This document shows, piece after piece, positions 63,682 through 64,000 of a stretch of DNA of 64,000 bases. A program made the position numbers and the translations under genes. Origin of the DNA: Phoronis australis (Eukaryota > Animalia > Phoronida); NCBI GenBank assembly GCA_002633005.1, contig NMRA01000315.1:293509-357508 (forward strand), read 5' to 3'. Each line of letters starts with the position of its first letter. The first letter of the stretch is position 1. Below the pieces are notes generated by a model. That model worked only from the letters and a program-made list of their open reading frames with translations. It had not been told where the DNA came from and did no database searches.

Positions 63682-64000
63682 GTTTCTGAGGTTAGGGGTC
63701 AAGTTCTCAGGAATCGATTCATGGCTTCTTTTGACATTGCGAGTTTGTTTACTAACCTACCTGTGGACGAATGTATATCTTTGGCTACTGACTATATAAT
63801 GAAAAACAATCCTAGTGTAAAGATTACTCGAGCTGAACTCATGGACCTATTCAAGTTTGCTACCAGCAAAACCCATTTTGTATTTAATGGGGAGGTTTTT
63901 AACCAAATTGATGGTATAGCAATGGGTTCACCTTTGGCTCCCATACTAGCTGGCATGTTTTTAGGACACCATGAGAAAACATGGATTGAGACATACACTG
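63682..64000 (+). mobile_element. Penelope-like element reverse transcriptase (5'-truncated, runs off the window)
   Basis: Open frame: MASFDIASLFTNLPVDE...THFVFNGEVFNQIDGIAMGSPLAPILAGMFLGHHE, the SFD.xSLFTN.P and G.AMGSPL motifs of PLE RTs. Confidence 0.9.

Overview
AT-rich animal genomic DNA, probably a marine invertebrate (inferred from GT-AG introns, ShK/C-type lectin/PAN domains, the transposon repertoire and frequent TACATGTA). Almost none of the listed ORFs are whole genes; the real genes are spliced. Reading splice sites by eye gives three gene models. (1) A complete six-exon + strand gene (16892..37060, 843 nt, 280 aa): signal peptide, C-type lectin domain (CTLD), 13-nt microexon, Ser/Thr-rich stalk, PAN/apple-like domain. 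(2) A paralogous + strand gene starting at 51338: signal peptide, ShK-toxin (ShKT) domain, CTLD, 16-nt microexon; its 3' end was not found, it carries a decayed second ShKT exon, and its CTLD-b+microexon block is duplicated next to an assembly gap. (3) Between them on the - strand, an exon encoding a CD225/dispanin (IFITM-like) domain. The rest is a dense nest of transposons: a 5.8-kb Sola3-like element (TTAA TSD), a THAP + P2X7-ballast/KolX-like pair (Kolobok-like), a decayed hAT transposase, a CR1-group LINE with a P-like element inserted in its 3' UTR, MITEs with 5-bp or 8-bp TSDs, a Penelope-like RT, and satellites. All calls come from manual reading; no database searches were run.
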